Shown here piece by piece: positions 34,740 through 47,988 of a stretch of 64,000 bases of DNA (its first letter is position 1; each line of letters starts with the position of its first letter). The DNA lies in assembly GCA_030390025.1 (NCBI GenBank), contig CM059431.1, positions 129,396,001 through 129,460,000 on the forward strand, in the 5' to 3' direction. A program made the position numbers and the translations under genes. The DNA comes from Squalus acanthias (lineage: Eukaryota). The notes under the pieces were generated by a model, which worked only from the letters and a program-made list of their open reading frames with translations, did not search any database and was not told the DNA's origin.

Positions 34740-36158
34740 AGCTGAATTACCATCCTAACATCAACAAATGGGAAAACTGCCTCAGCACTAACACAAATCA
34801 CTCAGCAAGCCAGGGAAGGGGCACCGAGAGTCTCACACGCAGCACTCCAGCATTGTGCAAGGGGTCAACATTGCCAGAGTGGCCCTCTACCCACAGGGGG
34901 CAGGAGGCCCTCCAGAAAGAACAATGTGGGATTACATCACCGAGGCCATCACTGCCAGCAGTGTCATCCCCACCACCTGCTCCAGTGCCCAAAGAAACTT
35001 CATGACCTCAGACCACTGGTCAAGGTCAATGAATGCATCTTCAAAAGTCGTCTCCTGCCAACTGCCCCACTGGCCTCACACACTGCTCAATGCACAGCAC
35101 CCAATCACTCACCTACCAATAATCTGCAGCAATGACGAGGCACATCTCCCATTCCTAGCCTCACCTCATCCCCTTGGAGGAGACGGTGCAGGCGATTCTT
35201 GGCAGGGGCATGGCTGAGCCCTTAGCCAGCGGCGGGGCTGAAAGGATACAAGATGCAGGTATCCTCGTACATTATCCTCCTTCTGGCATGCACCCCTTGC
35301 TTTCCCGCCCTCCCATCAGCACATCTCCACCCTTGTGCCTTCCACATTTCATACACCCAAGAAATGCAGCCTCCCCAGCCAGTGGGACCGCAGGTGGATG
35401 ATTCCATCCCGGATATCCCAGCCACAAAGGGGTTGTCTGGGATGCGTCCTTCCATCTGATTCCTCCGCTTCGGATTCCTCCTCTTCTGCATCTTCCTCTT
35501 CTGCGTCTTCTCTTCCCTCTACAAGCAGATGCTGTAAATGTGAAATGACAGCATAAAATGCTGGAAATACTCAGTTGATCAGGCAGCATGTTGACCTGAG
35601 ACGTGAACTCTGTTTTTCTCTCCACGGATGTTGCGTGACCTGCTGAGTATTCACAGCATGTTCTGTCTTCTCAAAGGCCTTTGTTTACCATCCGAGCCCT
35701 TGCAAGCATCCAGCAGCACTCCCTACACACTTAAAAAAACTTTTCACATCTATTGAAGCAAACCACCACTTCAATAAAATCAAAAAAAACAAGGCCAAAC
35801 CCTTAAATTCAAACTTACCTGAATGATGTGTGTGTTCCTTTAAGAGCTGCAGACTTCACCATTGTCAGCCACTGTCAGCCTGCTTGCACGCCAGGTTAAC
35901 CTGACGTGCTTAGGACCCAGTGCTGAATTCAGCGTCGAACTTCACGTTGGTGATGTTAAGTTGGCGTAGCATGCTGATTGACATCATCACGCTGCCATTT
36001 TTATTGCAGGGCGCTGCCAGTTACCAGCAGCGCAAAGGGGGAGAGGAATATGGCGGCTGCCGTGGGACCCACCAGCAGCTGGCGAAAGAGTGGCGCTGCC
36101 ACTTTATCACCATTTCATGGCGTTATGGAGTGGCAGTGACTACATTAATTTCTAGCCC
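34740..36158 (+). mobile_element. Sibling of the 31250-33453 element in opposite orientation, with a small Penelope-end insert (about 35525-35670)
   Basis: 34800-35450 aligns by eye to the reverse complement of parts of 31960-33060; end aatttctagccc. Confidence 0.6.
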
Positions 36159-36179
36159 TATGATTCTATGAGAAGCAAC

Positions 36180-36590
36180 TGTTCCCTTTGGGATACCTTT
36201 GTCCATTTTTCCAACACCTGTCCTTTCCCTGCCATTCACTATAGCAGATGTAACACATGTTCATTCATATCTTTCGTCAACATTTTTCAGGGCCCCAAGC
36301 ACCCTTTCTGTGTGAGACAGTAATTTACATGTAGTTCCTCCAATCTAATGTACTATAGTTACTGTTTATTGTGCGGTCTTCTTTACACAGCAAAGACTAA
36401 ATGTGTGACCAAGCAAATTTATTCTGATCACAAGTATGCTCCTAAACTCTCTATCACTCACCATTCTTACTCTTACCTTTGCCGTCTTTAGTCTCTTACA
36501 AGCTCAATGCAAACTTCAGGAATGCTATCTCATCTTTCTTCTGGGCATTCTGACTTGAATGTTGCCTGTGGCAACTTCAGAGTGTAGCTA
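36180..36590 (+). mobile_element. Highly decayed Penelope GIY-YIG fragment
   Basis: gtgagacagtaatttacatgtagttcctccaatctaatgtactat resembles 27117-27165. Confidence 0.6.
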
Positions 36591-36669
36591 TCTGCTCCAT
36601 TTTCTATGAAACAGTGGGGCCAATTTTAACGCATGATGGGAGGCCAGCGGGAGCAGACAATATTCCCAA

Positions 36670-39488
36670 GAGTTTGGGCGCTAATGAATCTCACTGCATG
36701 CAAAATTCATGGTCATCGCTCAAAGAAAGGATGGGAGTGCTAATTCAGGAGCTAACGGCCTAGCTCAAAGGCATTACACTCAAAGCTCTAACCAATATCA
36801 GTTGCAGTCTAATCGCAAGTCATCATTGCCACAGGCTCTTTCCAGTTTTTAAAGGGGAGTTTCATTGATGCTGCAGAACCTCATTCTCAGCATTGCTGGC
36901 TGTGAACCTGTTTCAGCAAGAAGGAGCAGGCCCAGCCCAAGGAGCTGGACAACTCAAGCAGGTTTCATGATGGCAGATCCACGCCCCAGGGAGAGAGCCT
37001 GCAGATTTTCGGACCAAGCATTGGAGGAGTTGGTGTCCGCTGTGGAGAGACGGAGGGCGATGCTCTACCTGGCAAGTGGCAGAAGGTCCTCGCCGCAAGT
37101 CTTCCATGCCATGTGGCAGGAGGTTGCCCATCAGGTCTCGGGCAGCATTGTGGTCCCCAGGACCCATACACAGTTTAGGAAGAAATTTAATGACCTCACT
37201 CAGGTGGTCAGGGTGAGACAATGCATAAACAAATGCTACATACCACCATCTGAACCACAGTCTGCACACACTGGCCAAAGCACCATACCCCCAGCACTTA
37301 CCCACCAACAATCTCTACCTACCAACACTCACACCCACATCTCCCACAATGACAGCTATTCGACTATGGCAGGCATATCACCCAAACACATTGCGACGCA
37401 CTCACTCACACACTTTCCTTTCTCTTGTAGGACAAGGTGGCTCACAACAGGAGGGAGCAGGAGCGCACAGGCAGGGGACAACCTGACACCCAACCACTGT
37501 CTGCGCTGGAAAATAGAGTGCTGGATATCAATGGGTGCCAGGTGGTGGGCGCCGTGGCCATCGGCGACATTGACCCCCTTGGGGACAACAACGGTATGTT
37601 CATCCCTACTCCTTCTTCTCACATCCCATTTCCCCCTCACCCCACAAGCCTTTCGCACTTTCCAGCTAATCATGCTGTATGCATGCATTTCTCCCTTCCT
37701 GCCCCCCTCCCCTCACCTTAACCCATCTCTTGTGCCTTTATGCTTTTAGATAATAAGCAAGCACCTGAGCAGCCTGTCCCTCAGGGCACCGTAGAGAGCG
37801 AGGTGGGAGAAGAGGAGGAGGAAGAACACACCGTGTCACTGCATGTCTCACCCGCAGACACCAGCTCAGATACTGGCACTCCGCGTTCTTTAGAGGCTAG
37901 TATAGTAGCAGGATCTGCACAGGGTGATGCACCGGGGATGAGCGGCTGCAGCAAAGCCAGGGGGAAAGGGTAGCTTGGGGGCCAGCCACCCGGAGGGCGA
38001 GTTCGCACACAAGTTCTGCTCTACAAGACTCAGATGAGGGCCTCGATGGGGAGGCCTTTAGAAGAAGGTTGATGGGCATGCATACAAAGATCATAGGTGC
38101 AATGGCAAGGATGCCCTCGAGCCTGTCAGCAATGGTAAGGAGCATGGAGGACTCTGCCTCCAACATTGCACAAAGCTTTGCGCACACCATGGAGCCTATC
38201 ATTTCCAGTCTGCAAAGGACGATAGACTCCCAGAGAGACCGTGGCGACCCAGACCTGATGTGACATGTGATGGGCGATCTGGCAGCTTCCATTGCAGCAC
38301 AGGCAGAAGCGATGCAACATCTTAGTGCTGTAATGCAGTCTATGGTTGGTGCCATTCATTCTCAGACTGCTCTCATGCAGTCTCAGCTTGATGCCACGCA
38401 AGCTCTGACTGCTAGGCCTTTGCAGTTATGGAAGATCTCTGGATTGATATGTGGTGCCTGCAAAGCCATGTGGGTGCAGTCAATGGCACCCTGCACCATG
38501 GGGATTCCCGCTATCCTGGCAAAGCCACATGCATGCTCGTCCTGCTTCTCTCTGGTGATGGGGAAGGAAATGTAGTCCCTTTTCCTACTGTAGAGAGCCT
38601 CAGTGACCTCCCGGGTGCAGCAATGGATGGCGAACTGCGAGATGTTTCCTATATCTCCTGTTGCAAACTGGAAGGATCCACTGGCGAAGTAATTGAGGGT
38701 GACGGTGACCTTGACTGCCACTGAGAGAGTCGTCTTCATCCTGATCTGAGGCTGGAGGTCTGGTTGCAGGAGGTGGCAGAGTTCTTTGACCACCTCCTTG
38801 CTGAAGCGGAGCCTTCTAATACACTGCTCCTCGCTTAATTGAAGGTAGGAGAATTGCTGTCGGAAGACCCTCAGAGGGTAAGGCCTCCTGTTGAGAGCCC
38901 TGATGGCCCTCCTCCTCCCTCTGGCCTCATGTTCCAATCTTTCTCGCTGCCTGCGCTCCCTCCGCTGTAGATCCTGGAGGGCGAGGTCGACTGGCATTAC
39001 AGCCCCCATTAATGTAAGGAAGTCCAGCACTTTGATATTTTGTGAGAATAAATGTAACTAATTTTTAGCAGCCACAACACTCCGGAGACTAAACAACCTG
39101 TAAATGACTGAATTAAGCTGTTGCACAATGTCAAACTGACAAGGAAGCAGTGAAACAGCACTAACCTGAGAGCTGCGACTCATTACTCAGCATCCCTTTA
39201 AGTAGCGCCCCTGGAGCCGGCTACCAACTGCTTCACTGTCGCTGTCGGGTGAGGCGCTAAGGCAGGAGGCGATACTCAATTTGGCAGATCGGGCGCCCAG
39301 TGAGCGTTGCACCACGATTTGCCTGGCACTGAAGTCTTCGGCGCTAACTCATAGCGGCGGCACTACGGGGGGGCCGAATTTGGCATGCGGTGCTGGATTC
39401 GCCTCACCGTGGTGCTACTGCCTCAGCGCCCCGTTAGCACCCCCGCCAGGCGCTAACTGGAGGCGCTAAGGTACCGAATTTCTCCCCC
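36670..39488 (+). mobile_element. Harbinger copy with central deletion
   Basis: Myb gene remnant 36967-38413 (+) abuts the transposase 5' half 38414-39010 (-); right end ccgaatttctccccc; left end degraded. Confidence 0.85.
38414..39010 (-). pseudogene. Harbinger transposase, N-terminal half
   Basis: RPYPLRVFRQQFSY...RLRFSKEVV...VQGAIDCTH, truncated after FHNCKG. Confidence 0.92.
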
Positions 39489-39791
39489 TTTGAGTTGGAG
39501 GCACTGCAGATTTTAACTGCCGGGCCACATTTGAATCCTACAGATGAGCTGCTCACATGTTTCGGTCAGAATGTGGCAGCTAGCCAGCACATGGGTGGGC
39601 GGTGAGGTTACATGTTCCAGTTGTTGCCCGCCAGTACCAAGAGAAGTATGCCAGCAGCGAGATAATTCACAGGGTGGGGGTGTTCTGAAATCTCACGGCT
39701 GGGGAGGGGGCGCCCGAGGCAGCAGAGGCCTGGATTTTCCTTGTGGGGCTCATAGGAGCAGTCCTGTTGTGACAAGGGAACAGGCCATATT

Positions 39792-40461
39792 GGGGGAAAA
39801 ATTGGGTCGCTTTGCGCCTCCCGTTAACGCCCTAAGAGGGCACTAACGGGGCACAAAGCAACTAGCGCCCGGGCGCGATGCCACCCACGCCTCCCACGAA
39901 ATTCAGCGGGAAGTTAGCGGTGGCGCTGCGCCGCCGCCGATGATGTCATCGCCGTGCACAGCGCCTCGCTCGCGCCCCGGCCCCGATCTTCGGGAGCGCC
40001 CCCTGACTTACCGCCGGACGCTATGTCCGACGGGGTCAGGGGGGCCTACCTGCGGCTGGGGGGCACTATTTAAAGGTGAGGTGCGGGGCGGCCATTTTTG
40101 TTGCTGGCCGCCTGCCAGCACCTGCCTGCACTCCCTCCTGAATGCCACCCCCCTCCCACCACCCCCCCCCCCCCCACCCCGCGGAGTGCCAGCTGCGCTC
40201 CAAGAGCCCGGCACTTCTCTTGAGAGCCGGGCTCTTTTGCCGGCACTCCCGATCCCCAGAGGCCCAGCTGGGCCCCGGGTCACGCTGTGCAAGGCCTGCA
40301 ATACCGCGGCGCGACATTGACTCACAGCGCCCCTAGAGGGATGCGGGGCGCTTCCCTCTTGGGGCGCTACGACTCAATTTCTGGCGCGGTGGCGCTAATT
40401 TTTAGTTTTAGCGCCCTGGCTAAGTTAGCACCCAAATGGGGCGCTACTCAATTTTTAGCCC
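39792..40461 (-). mobile_element. Harbinger-derived MITE
   Basis: Ends gggggaaaaattgggt / ctcaatttttagccc with ttagcgcc arrays; no matching TSD. Confidence 0.8.
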
Positions 40462-40474
40462 AAAAGCTCCACTT

Positions 40475-41488
40475 GTGTAGTTAGGCAACCATTGTCAACA
40501 AATGAAGTAAAATACAGTATAAAGCTAACAGAAGAGGCTTATACAAATGCAAAGAAAAGTGGAAATCCAGCAGACTGAGAGCTATGAAAAAAAGTAACAA
40601 AGGGATACAAAGAAAGTGTTAAAGAGCTGCAAAAAGGAATACGAAAAAGTACAGGAAGAGGGCAAAATACCAGCGGTTAAAGGGAACCTAAAAATAAATC
40701 AAGGGGAGGAACTTGTTGGGAGAACAATTGGGTGGCACCCCTTTTGACGCACTAACATTAGCATCCCGAAAAAGTTAGCGCCCTTCCACCGGAAATTCTG
40801 TAGTAGCGCCCCAAGCAGGAGGTGGAGCGCTACTGGACACGCTTCACCTCCTTATTGGGGTCCTACAACTGAAGATCGCGGTGCTACGTGCAACAGCGCC
40901 ACGTGTGTCAGCACATAGCGCCGCATCATTGCAGGCCTCCTCCCCTGATTAAAGGGGAGGGGACCTAGCGCTGCGCGCACCGGGGCCCTGCTGGACCACC
41001 GCGGAGCGGGGTGCCGTGAAAACAGCCGGCACTCAAGCGGAGTGCTGGGATGAGCGATTGCGACCGGCACCCCGAGAAAAAAAGGGGAAGGGGGCAGGTG
41101 CTGGCAGTCAGCCAAAAAAAAAATGGCCGGCCAACAACTGCCCCTTTTACTAGCGCCGCCGCCGCTGCAAAAACGCCCCCTGACTGTGTCGCACATATTG
41201 TCCGGCGATAGGTCAGGGGGCGCAAGGGAAGCTTGCGGCCGGGGCGTAAGTGGGGCGCTGCGCATGGCGATGACTTCATCGCCGGTGGCGCAGCACCACA
41301 GGGCGTTACCGGTTACCGCCACCACTAACCTCCCGCTGAATTTCACGGGAGCTGTTAGCGGCGCCGTGCCCAGGCGCTTGGGGCGCTAACGAGAGGCGCA
41401 AATCAACCCAATTTTTCCCCCATTGAATTTAATACAAGTGAAAAAATAGTAATGGAAAAACTAATGAGACTTGAGGTAGACAAATCTT
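40475..41488 (+). mobile_element. Old CR1 ORF2 internal fragment interrupted by a MITE
   Basis: Degenerate matches to PWLSKEIKDSI...AYK and GEELN...LMRLEVDKS. Confidence 0.65.
40718..41421 (+). mobile_element. Harbinger-derived MITE
   Basis: Ends gggagaacaattgggt / acccaatttttccccc; imperfect TSD gtt/att. Confidence 0.8.
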
Positions 41489-41489
41489 T

Positions 41490-44400
41490 CAGCACCTTGC
41501 TGTCAATGACCGCTATCCTGGCAGCAGCCACGACGCTTTTATCCTGCGCCAGACTGGTGTCCCAGACCTCTTCCAACCACCGTGTCAACCTAGTGGATGG
41601 CTCCTCGGGGACAAGGGTTATCCACTCTGCACCTGGCTGATAAGACCGCTCTGTAACCCCAACACTCCTGCTGAGCTCCAATACAATGAGAGCCATAGCG
41701 CCACCAGGAACCTCATTGAGCAGACGATCGGCATCTTGAAACAACGGTTCCGGTGTCTTGAGCATGCTGGAGGAGCCCTGCAGTACTCTCCCAAGTGAGT
41801 CTCGCTTTTCATTGTTGTGTGCTGCATGCTTCACAACCTTGCAATTATGAGGACCCAGCCATTGCCACCAGGGATTGGTGCACCACCTCAGGAGGAGAAA
41901 GAGGGAGAGGTGGAGGAGGAGGAGGAGGCAGAGGAGGAGGAGGAGGAAGTGGAGGATCAGCAGCACCAACGTGGGAGGGAGGCGTACAATGTTGCCACTG
42001 CAAGGGCCGTCCATGAACGCCTGATAAGACACCGCTTCTGACGAATTACAGAGAAGATGGCTTCTGGGATGAAGAAGCACATCATCGCAAGCATCTCGCA
42101 GCAATTATTGCTGGGCAAAGCTCCAACGAGTCAAATCAGCAAAGATGTAAAGTAACAATAACAAATTTTATTTATATTACAAACAATTAGAAACAAACCC
42201 AACAATTCATAAACTAACAAAACTTGTTCTCACAACATCGACATAAACGTCAAAACAGTAAACAAATATATTGGCCCAAAAATTCGTGAGGCAGCCTTCG
42301 TGCGAGGGTAAGGCTTCCCCGCGATCTCTCACTGCGCGTTGGCTTTTTCAGTTCCAGCTCGCACGAACTTGATGTTCTGGACAGCTGCTGTGCTGGGCTT
42401 GCGTATCCTACAGGCGCAGTTAATTCGTGCGAGCTGTGGGATCACATGACTCAGTTAGAGCCAATGGCAGCACACCATCTTCCATTCATAACTTTCACAT
42501 AAGTGCTGTGAAAGCTATGAATACTATAGCCCCCCAAAAGAACAGCTAAACCTCAATTAAATTTTTTTTAAAAACCATCACATTAATAAAATAAGTATAG
42601 TTAAATAAATTAACCATTTTAAATAAAAAATTAAATTTTTGAAAAAATTTAAAATCTTTTAATAAGTTATAAAAATAAACTTACCTGTCTTTAAAGTCTC
42701 TAAAAAAGATATACCTGTTAAAAAAAATTCAAAATAATACTTAATTCACTACTTACCTTGTTAAAAGTGGGTCTTACTCCTCCTTTTTTTATGTGTAAAA
42801 TCTTCCATACTTACCTGCGCGTTGAAACCACTAAGTGCACTGCATGCGCGCAGCCTGTAGCGCGCACGCGGTTCACCTAGGAACCGCCCCCTTTTCCATT
42901 CACCAAGTGCCGGTTTTCAGCGCATGCGCAGTGCATGCAGAAAACCGGCAATTGGAGACAGAATACGCGAGAGTACACAGTGCGTACTCTCGCGTATCAA
43001 CACAAATTTTTGGGCCATTAAGATGAACATCAAACTTTCCCACAAATATTTGCCCCATTTATTAATAATTTTAACTTATTCACCCTTCGAAAGTGACCTC
43101 CATCCCTTGCGCACTTCCCCCCCTCTCACCCTACTGCTCCTCCATAATGTGGCCTCAGTGGCTGCAGCAAGGCTGGCGGAAGGCTGCTAAATGTTGGATC
43201 CAGAGACTGCTGATGACCTTGAAGGGCGCCCTCGACCAGCTCTGGGCCTGGAGGGCTTGGCTGCAGACTGCACCAACTCTGCATGGGCGGCAACAGTCTG
43301 GGCTGGCTGTGTTGAAGGCCATGGGAAGTGCAATGGGGAAGTGGCAATGGTTGAAGCAAAAATGCTGTCATCCTGAGAGAGGGCAGCACCTTCCTGCTCG
43401 ACCGACACACTGCCACTCCCCCGGGGCAGCACCTCAGCATCCAGAGCAATCTGCTGAAGCACAGATTGCTGGCCTGCTGCGGTACCGTCAGATCCCCGGT
43501 GGACTGTGGGCGACCCAGCGAGGATGGCAGCAGTCAGCGCTTGCGTGATATCAATCTGAGACTGCATGAGAACAGTCTGAGACTGGATGGCACCAGCCAA
43601 TGACTCGATTGCAGCACTAAGCTGTTGCGTTGCCTCGGCCTGGGCTGCAATAGATCCTGCCACCTCACCCATTACATGTGCATGGGCTCTGGGTCCCCAC
43701 GGACTCCCTGCAATTCAACCATCCTCTGCAACAAGGCAAGGATGGGTTCAAGGGTTTGCGCACAGATGACAGCTGTGTTAGCGACGGACTCCTCCATGCT
43801 CCTAGCCAGTGCATCCATGCTGTCGGGCACCCTTGCCATTGCACCCATGAGCTCACTGTGCATGCTCAAGGCCTGCGTATTCATGGCCGCGATGTGGAGG
43901 TCCTCATCCGAGTCCTGTGCAGCAGAACTCGTGTGCCTACTCACCCTTCAGGGAGATGGCCCCCAAGCTTCCCTTCCCCCATGGCGTTGCTACAGCCCGC
44001 TGGGTCCAGGAGCTTCACCCACATCAGACCATACCCCCTGCTCACCTCCAGTGACCGCGTGGCCCCAGTGTCGGAAGTGTCACCCTCGGGAGATGCAGGC
44101 GGTGAGGCTCCAGCTTCCTCTTCCTCTGGTGCGTCGCTGCCACTGGCAGGCTGAGGGGCAGGCTGGTCAGCTGGTGGTTCACTATCTGAAAGCAGGAAGG
44201 TACAAGAGTGGCTTTAGCGTGAGGGCAGGGGGGCAGGAAGGGAGCAAGGACTAGAGACAGTTAGTTAGATTGAAAGTGTAAAAGGCTGGTGTTGTGAGGG
44301 GAAGTGGTATGAGAGAGGAGAGAAAGCTATTGAGCATACCATTGCTGTCCCCAAGGGGGTCGACCTCTCCACTGGCCACGGCGCCTATGACCTGGCTCGC

Positions 44401-45312
44401 AATCAGTCTGCGGACTCTGTCCTCCAATTCAGTGAGGGGGTGTAGGTCCGCCTGCCCTCCTCCCGTCCACTGGGTCTCTCGTCGGTTATGTGAAAGCTTG
44501 GCCTGCGAGAAAAAAGACAGCGTGTGAGTGAGTGTGCAGCCATGTGTTTGGCAGATGTGCCTACCATAGTTGAATAGCCATTAATGTCTGCAAGGTGTGA
44601 GATGTGCAAGTGAGTTTTATGAGATGGTCATAGTTGTTGGATGAGTGTTGGGCATTTGGGTATTTACACCGTCTGGGCACAGAGTGACGTTGAAATGGTG
44701 GGATGTAGAGGTATTGAAAAGCAGGTACTCACCCTGACCACCCGAGTGAGGTCCTTGAACTTCTTCCGACATGAAATATGTGTCCTCGCCACCAGGCTCC
44801 TTGATGACATGTGCTGGGCCACCTCCCTCCACACTCTTCGAAACTCCCGGGGCAATGGCCTCCTGCCACTCTCTGGAAGAGCACTGCCCGTCGCCGTTCA
44901 ACAGCGCCAACCAGAGCCACCAATGCCTGGTCGCTAAAGCGCTGAGCTCTCTCCCTGGGCCTATCCATCACTACTTTAAGCACAATGGTGGTTAGGTGTT
45001 TGCAGGCCGAGATTCAAGGCTGCAATGAGCAGAGTGTGGCTGGACAGCAAGATGGCCCCTCCCCTTTAAGAACTAGATGGCGCCAGTCTGTCTGAGTTCC
45101 ATGGTAATTGGCATCACCTGAGCTTTGGTAGCGTTCTGAGGTAGTGCCTCACTCCCCGACGTTAGCGCCTTAAGAGAGATGTGTACCGCTTGATTTAGCA
45201 CTCAAATCACCTCCAGGGGCAATGGAGGCGAATTTTGCGGTCGGCGGCGATAATTAGCGCCGGGCGCTAAACTTTGCGCCTGGCCGAATGGGTGATATCC
45301 AATTTTTCCCCC
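41490..45312 (-). mobile_element. Truncated Harbinger (inverted): Myb pseudogene about 43070-44968 (-) and transposase 3' half 41490-42041 (+)
   Basis: TIR ccaatttttccccc near 45299-45312; MDRPRERAQRFSDQALVALVG; CCMLHNLAIMRTQP...RLIRHRF; frameshifts and stops present. Confidence 0.9.
42273..43016. mobile_element. MITE with AT-rich core (744 bp), Harbinger-type
   Basis: TIRs ggcccaaaaattcgtg / cacaaatttttgggcc; ATT TSD (42270-42272, 43017-43019). Confidence 0.92.
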
Positions 45313-45313
45313 C

Positions 45314-46096
45314 TTTACTCTTGTACTCAAATGCTCTTGTAATAAAGGCCCACATACCATTTGCTTTCCTAATTGCTTGCTGTACCTTCATGTTAACTTT
45401 CAATGATTCATGTGAAAGGACACCCAGGTCCCTCTGAACACCAACATTTCCCAATCTCTCACCATTTAAAAAATACTCTGCTTTTCTATTTTTCTGACCA
45501 AAGTGGATAACTTCACATTTCTCCACATTATATTCCATTTGCCATGTTCTTGCCCACTCACTTAGCTTGTCTATATCCCTTGAAGCCTCTTTGCATCCTC
45601 CTCACAACTTACATTCCCACCCAGCTTTGTATCATCAGCAAACTTGGATATATTACATTTGGTCCCCTCATCCAAATCATTGATATAGATTGTGAATAGC
45701 TAAGGCCCAAGCACTGATCCTAGTGGTACCCCACTAGTTACAGCCTGCCAACCCGAAAATTACTCGTTTATTCCTACTCTCTGTTTTCTGTCTGTTAACC
45801 AATCCTCAATCCATGCTAGTATATTACCCCCAATCCCATGAGCCCTAATTTTGTTTAATAACCTCTTGCACGGCACCTTATCGAATGCCTTCTGAAAATC
45901 CAAATACACCACATCCACTGGTTCCCCCTTATCTATTCTGTTGGTTACAACCTCAAAATATTCTAACAGATTCGTCAAACACTATTTCCCTTTCATAAAT
46001 CTGTGTTGACTTTGCCCAATTCTATTATTATTTTCTAAGTTCCCTGTTACCACGTCCTTAATAATAGATTCTAGCATTTTCCCTGCTACTGATGTC
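45314..46096 (-). mobile_element. CR1 ORF2 RT fragment
   Basis: VDVVYLDFQKAFDKVP and EYNVEKCEVIHFG, with frameshifts. Confidence 0.93.
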
Positions 46097-46510
46097 ATTA
46101 AATGCATGACCTATTTGTTGACCTCTGGGGGAGGGGAGTTAAACTGATGGTTTTTGTGGGGAGTCTGCACCTGAGGCAGTAGTCTGCCTTTTCTCTTTCT
46201 GGGTATTGATGGACCTGCTCCATGTTTCCAGCATTTTTAAAATATTTTTATTTCAAATGTCGAATATTTTAAGTTTTTTTTTCATTTTTTTATATCTTTC
46301 CCAAACATTTTTCACAACCTTATTTAGTTATTTTCACAGTCTTTTGTTCTTTCAATGTCTTTTCATTGCCTCAGTGTGCTGCTCCCTGTAAATTATTCAC
46401 CAGTTTTCAGCTCATACCAGCCTTTCAAAAAAACCTGTTCACTGCCCATTTAACCCATTAAATCTTTTCTGTTCAGTCCTATTAAGGAGCTCATTTATCT
46501 TCCAGTTTCC

Positions 46511-46795
46511 AGCTGGATTTTGTCTTGGGGTCGGGTTGGGGTCGTGTAATCCGCATTTCGTGATCTCCCCCCCCCCCCCCCCGACTCCAGATTAATGTGG
46601 ATGCCTGATGCAATTTTCACTTAATTGGGCAATTGAGTTGCAGCATGTGGGAACCCATGAACTAATTAGTGGTTTCAGTCTGAAAGTCGCCTCTGATGAT
46701 GTCATCATTGCTGACTGCCTGCTCTCAGAGAATGTCTGGCTGTTGGTGAGGGAGGATCTGTCTGCATTGCTTCTGATGTGAGTGGACCTGGATGC

Positions 46796-46830
<35 letters not shown>

Positions 46831-47274
46831 TTTTGCACCCAAGTCCTCTTACAGCAAATGCCATGACATTCAATGTAGCAGTAGCAGTACCGACTTTCAC
46901 ACACCCAATACTACTACCTTCATCACATCTCCGTTGTAATAGTGGACTTGCAGCCGATAGTCAGCTATTCATTTGTGCTCCCGCCAGGTTTCACTGGAGT
47001 GTTTCACACCAGGCGTGCTTCACGTCAGAAAAGGGTTAAACTCGCTACAACGTTTCAAAATGGCATTACAGAGCCAATTTAGGGCTTGTTAAGGGCTTTA
47101 ATGGCCTCTCCCGCCTCTTGGAGGCGGGACGGAGTCGGGAACCCCGCGACTGATTTTGTCAAAATTGCGTGGAGGCGGGATGGAGTCGGGATGGGGTCGG
47201 AAACCCTGACCCCGCAAATTTAACCCCCCACACGCCTCCAAACCCGACTCCATGGGTCATTGAAAATCCAGCCC
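46511..47274. mobile_element. MITE-like TIR element with internal (GA)n
   Basis: Ends gctggatttt / aaaatccagccc; flanked by Penelope pseudo-LTR remnants. Confidence 0.7.
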
Positions 47275-47988
47275 AAGGTGTACAGCTGAAACGCTGACTC
47301 ATCTTTTCTCCTTTCAGTGCTGATAGAGCTATGATGTACTTCCAGCAGTTTTTAGCTTTATTTCACATTTCAGCCGGAATTTTAATCTGGGGGTGGCTCG
47401 GGAGTTGGGGTGGGTGGGGGGGGGTGGTGGCCTAGAAAGTGGTCGGGAAACCTGGGAGAATAAATTTAATGGCAGGGTTCTGATTAGCATTTGAAAGCTT
47501 GTTTTCCGCCCACAGCCAGCCAGATGGAAAGGCTGGCTGACTGCGGGTGGGTAGGTTGCAGCACTAGGCCGCAGAGAGGAGGGAGGGAGGGAACAGTGGG
47601 GTGGCTGGGGACCAATCGGGGTGGGGGGGAGGGGCATCGGGGGGGCAGTGGTGTTGGTAGCCAGGGGATGATTGGGGTCAGAGGAACATCGGTGGGGGGG
47701 AGGTGCAGTTGGCGAGCGGGAGGACAATCGGGACTGGAGGAGGGGAGAACATAAGAACATAAGAACATAAGAAATAGGAGCAGGAGTAGGCCAATCGGCC
47801 CCTCGAGCCTGCTCCGCCATTCAATAAGATCATGGCTGATCTGATCCTAACCGCCAATCTACTATCTATCACAGAACCATCTCCTGCATCTAACAGAATT
47901 GCACACACGAAATAGGAGCAGAATCAGGCTACACAGTCCCTGGGCCCGCTCCACTACCCACAGGGCCATGACCGATCCGAACCTAGAC

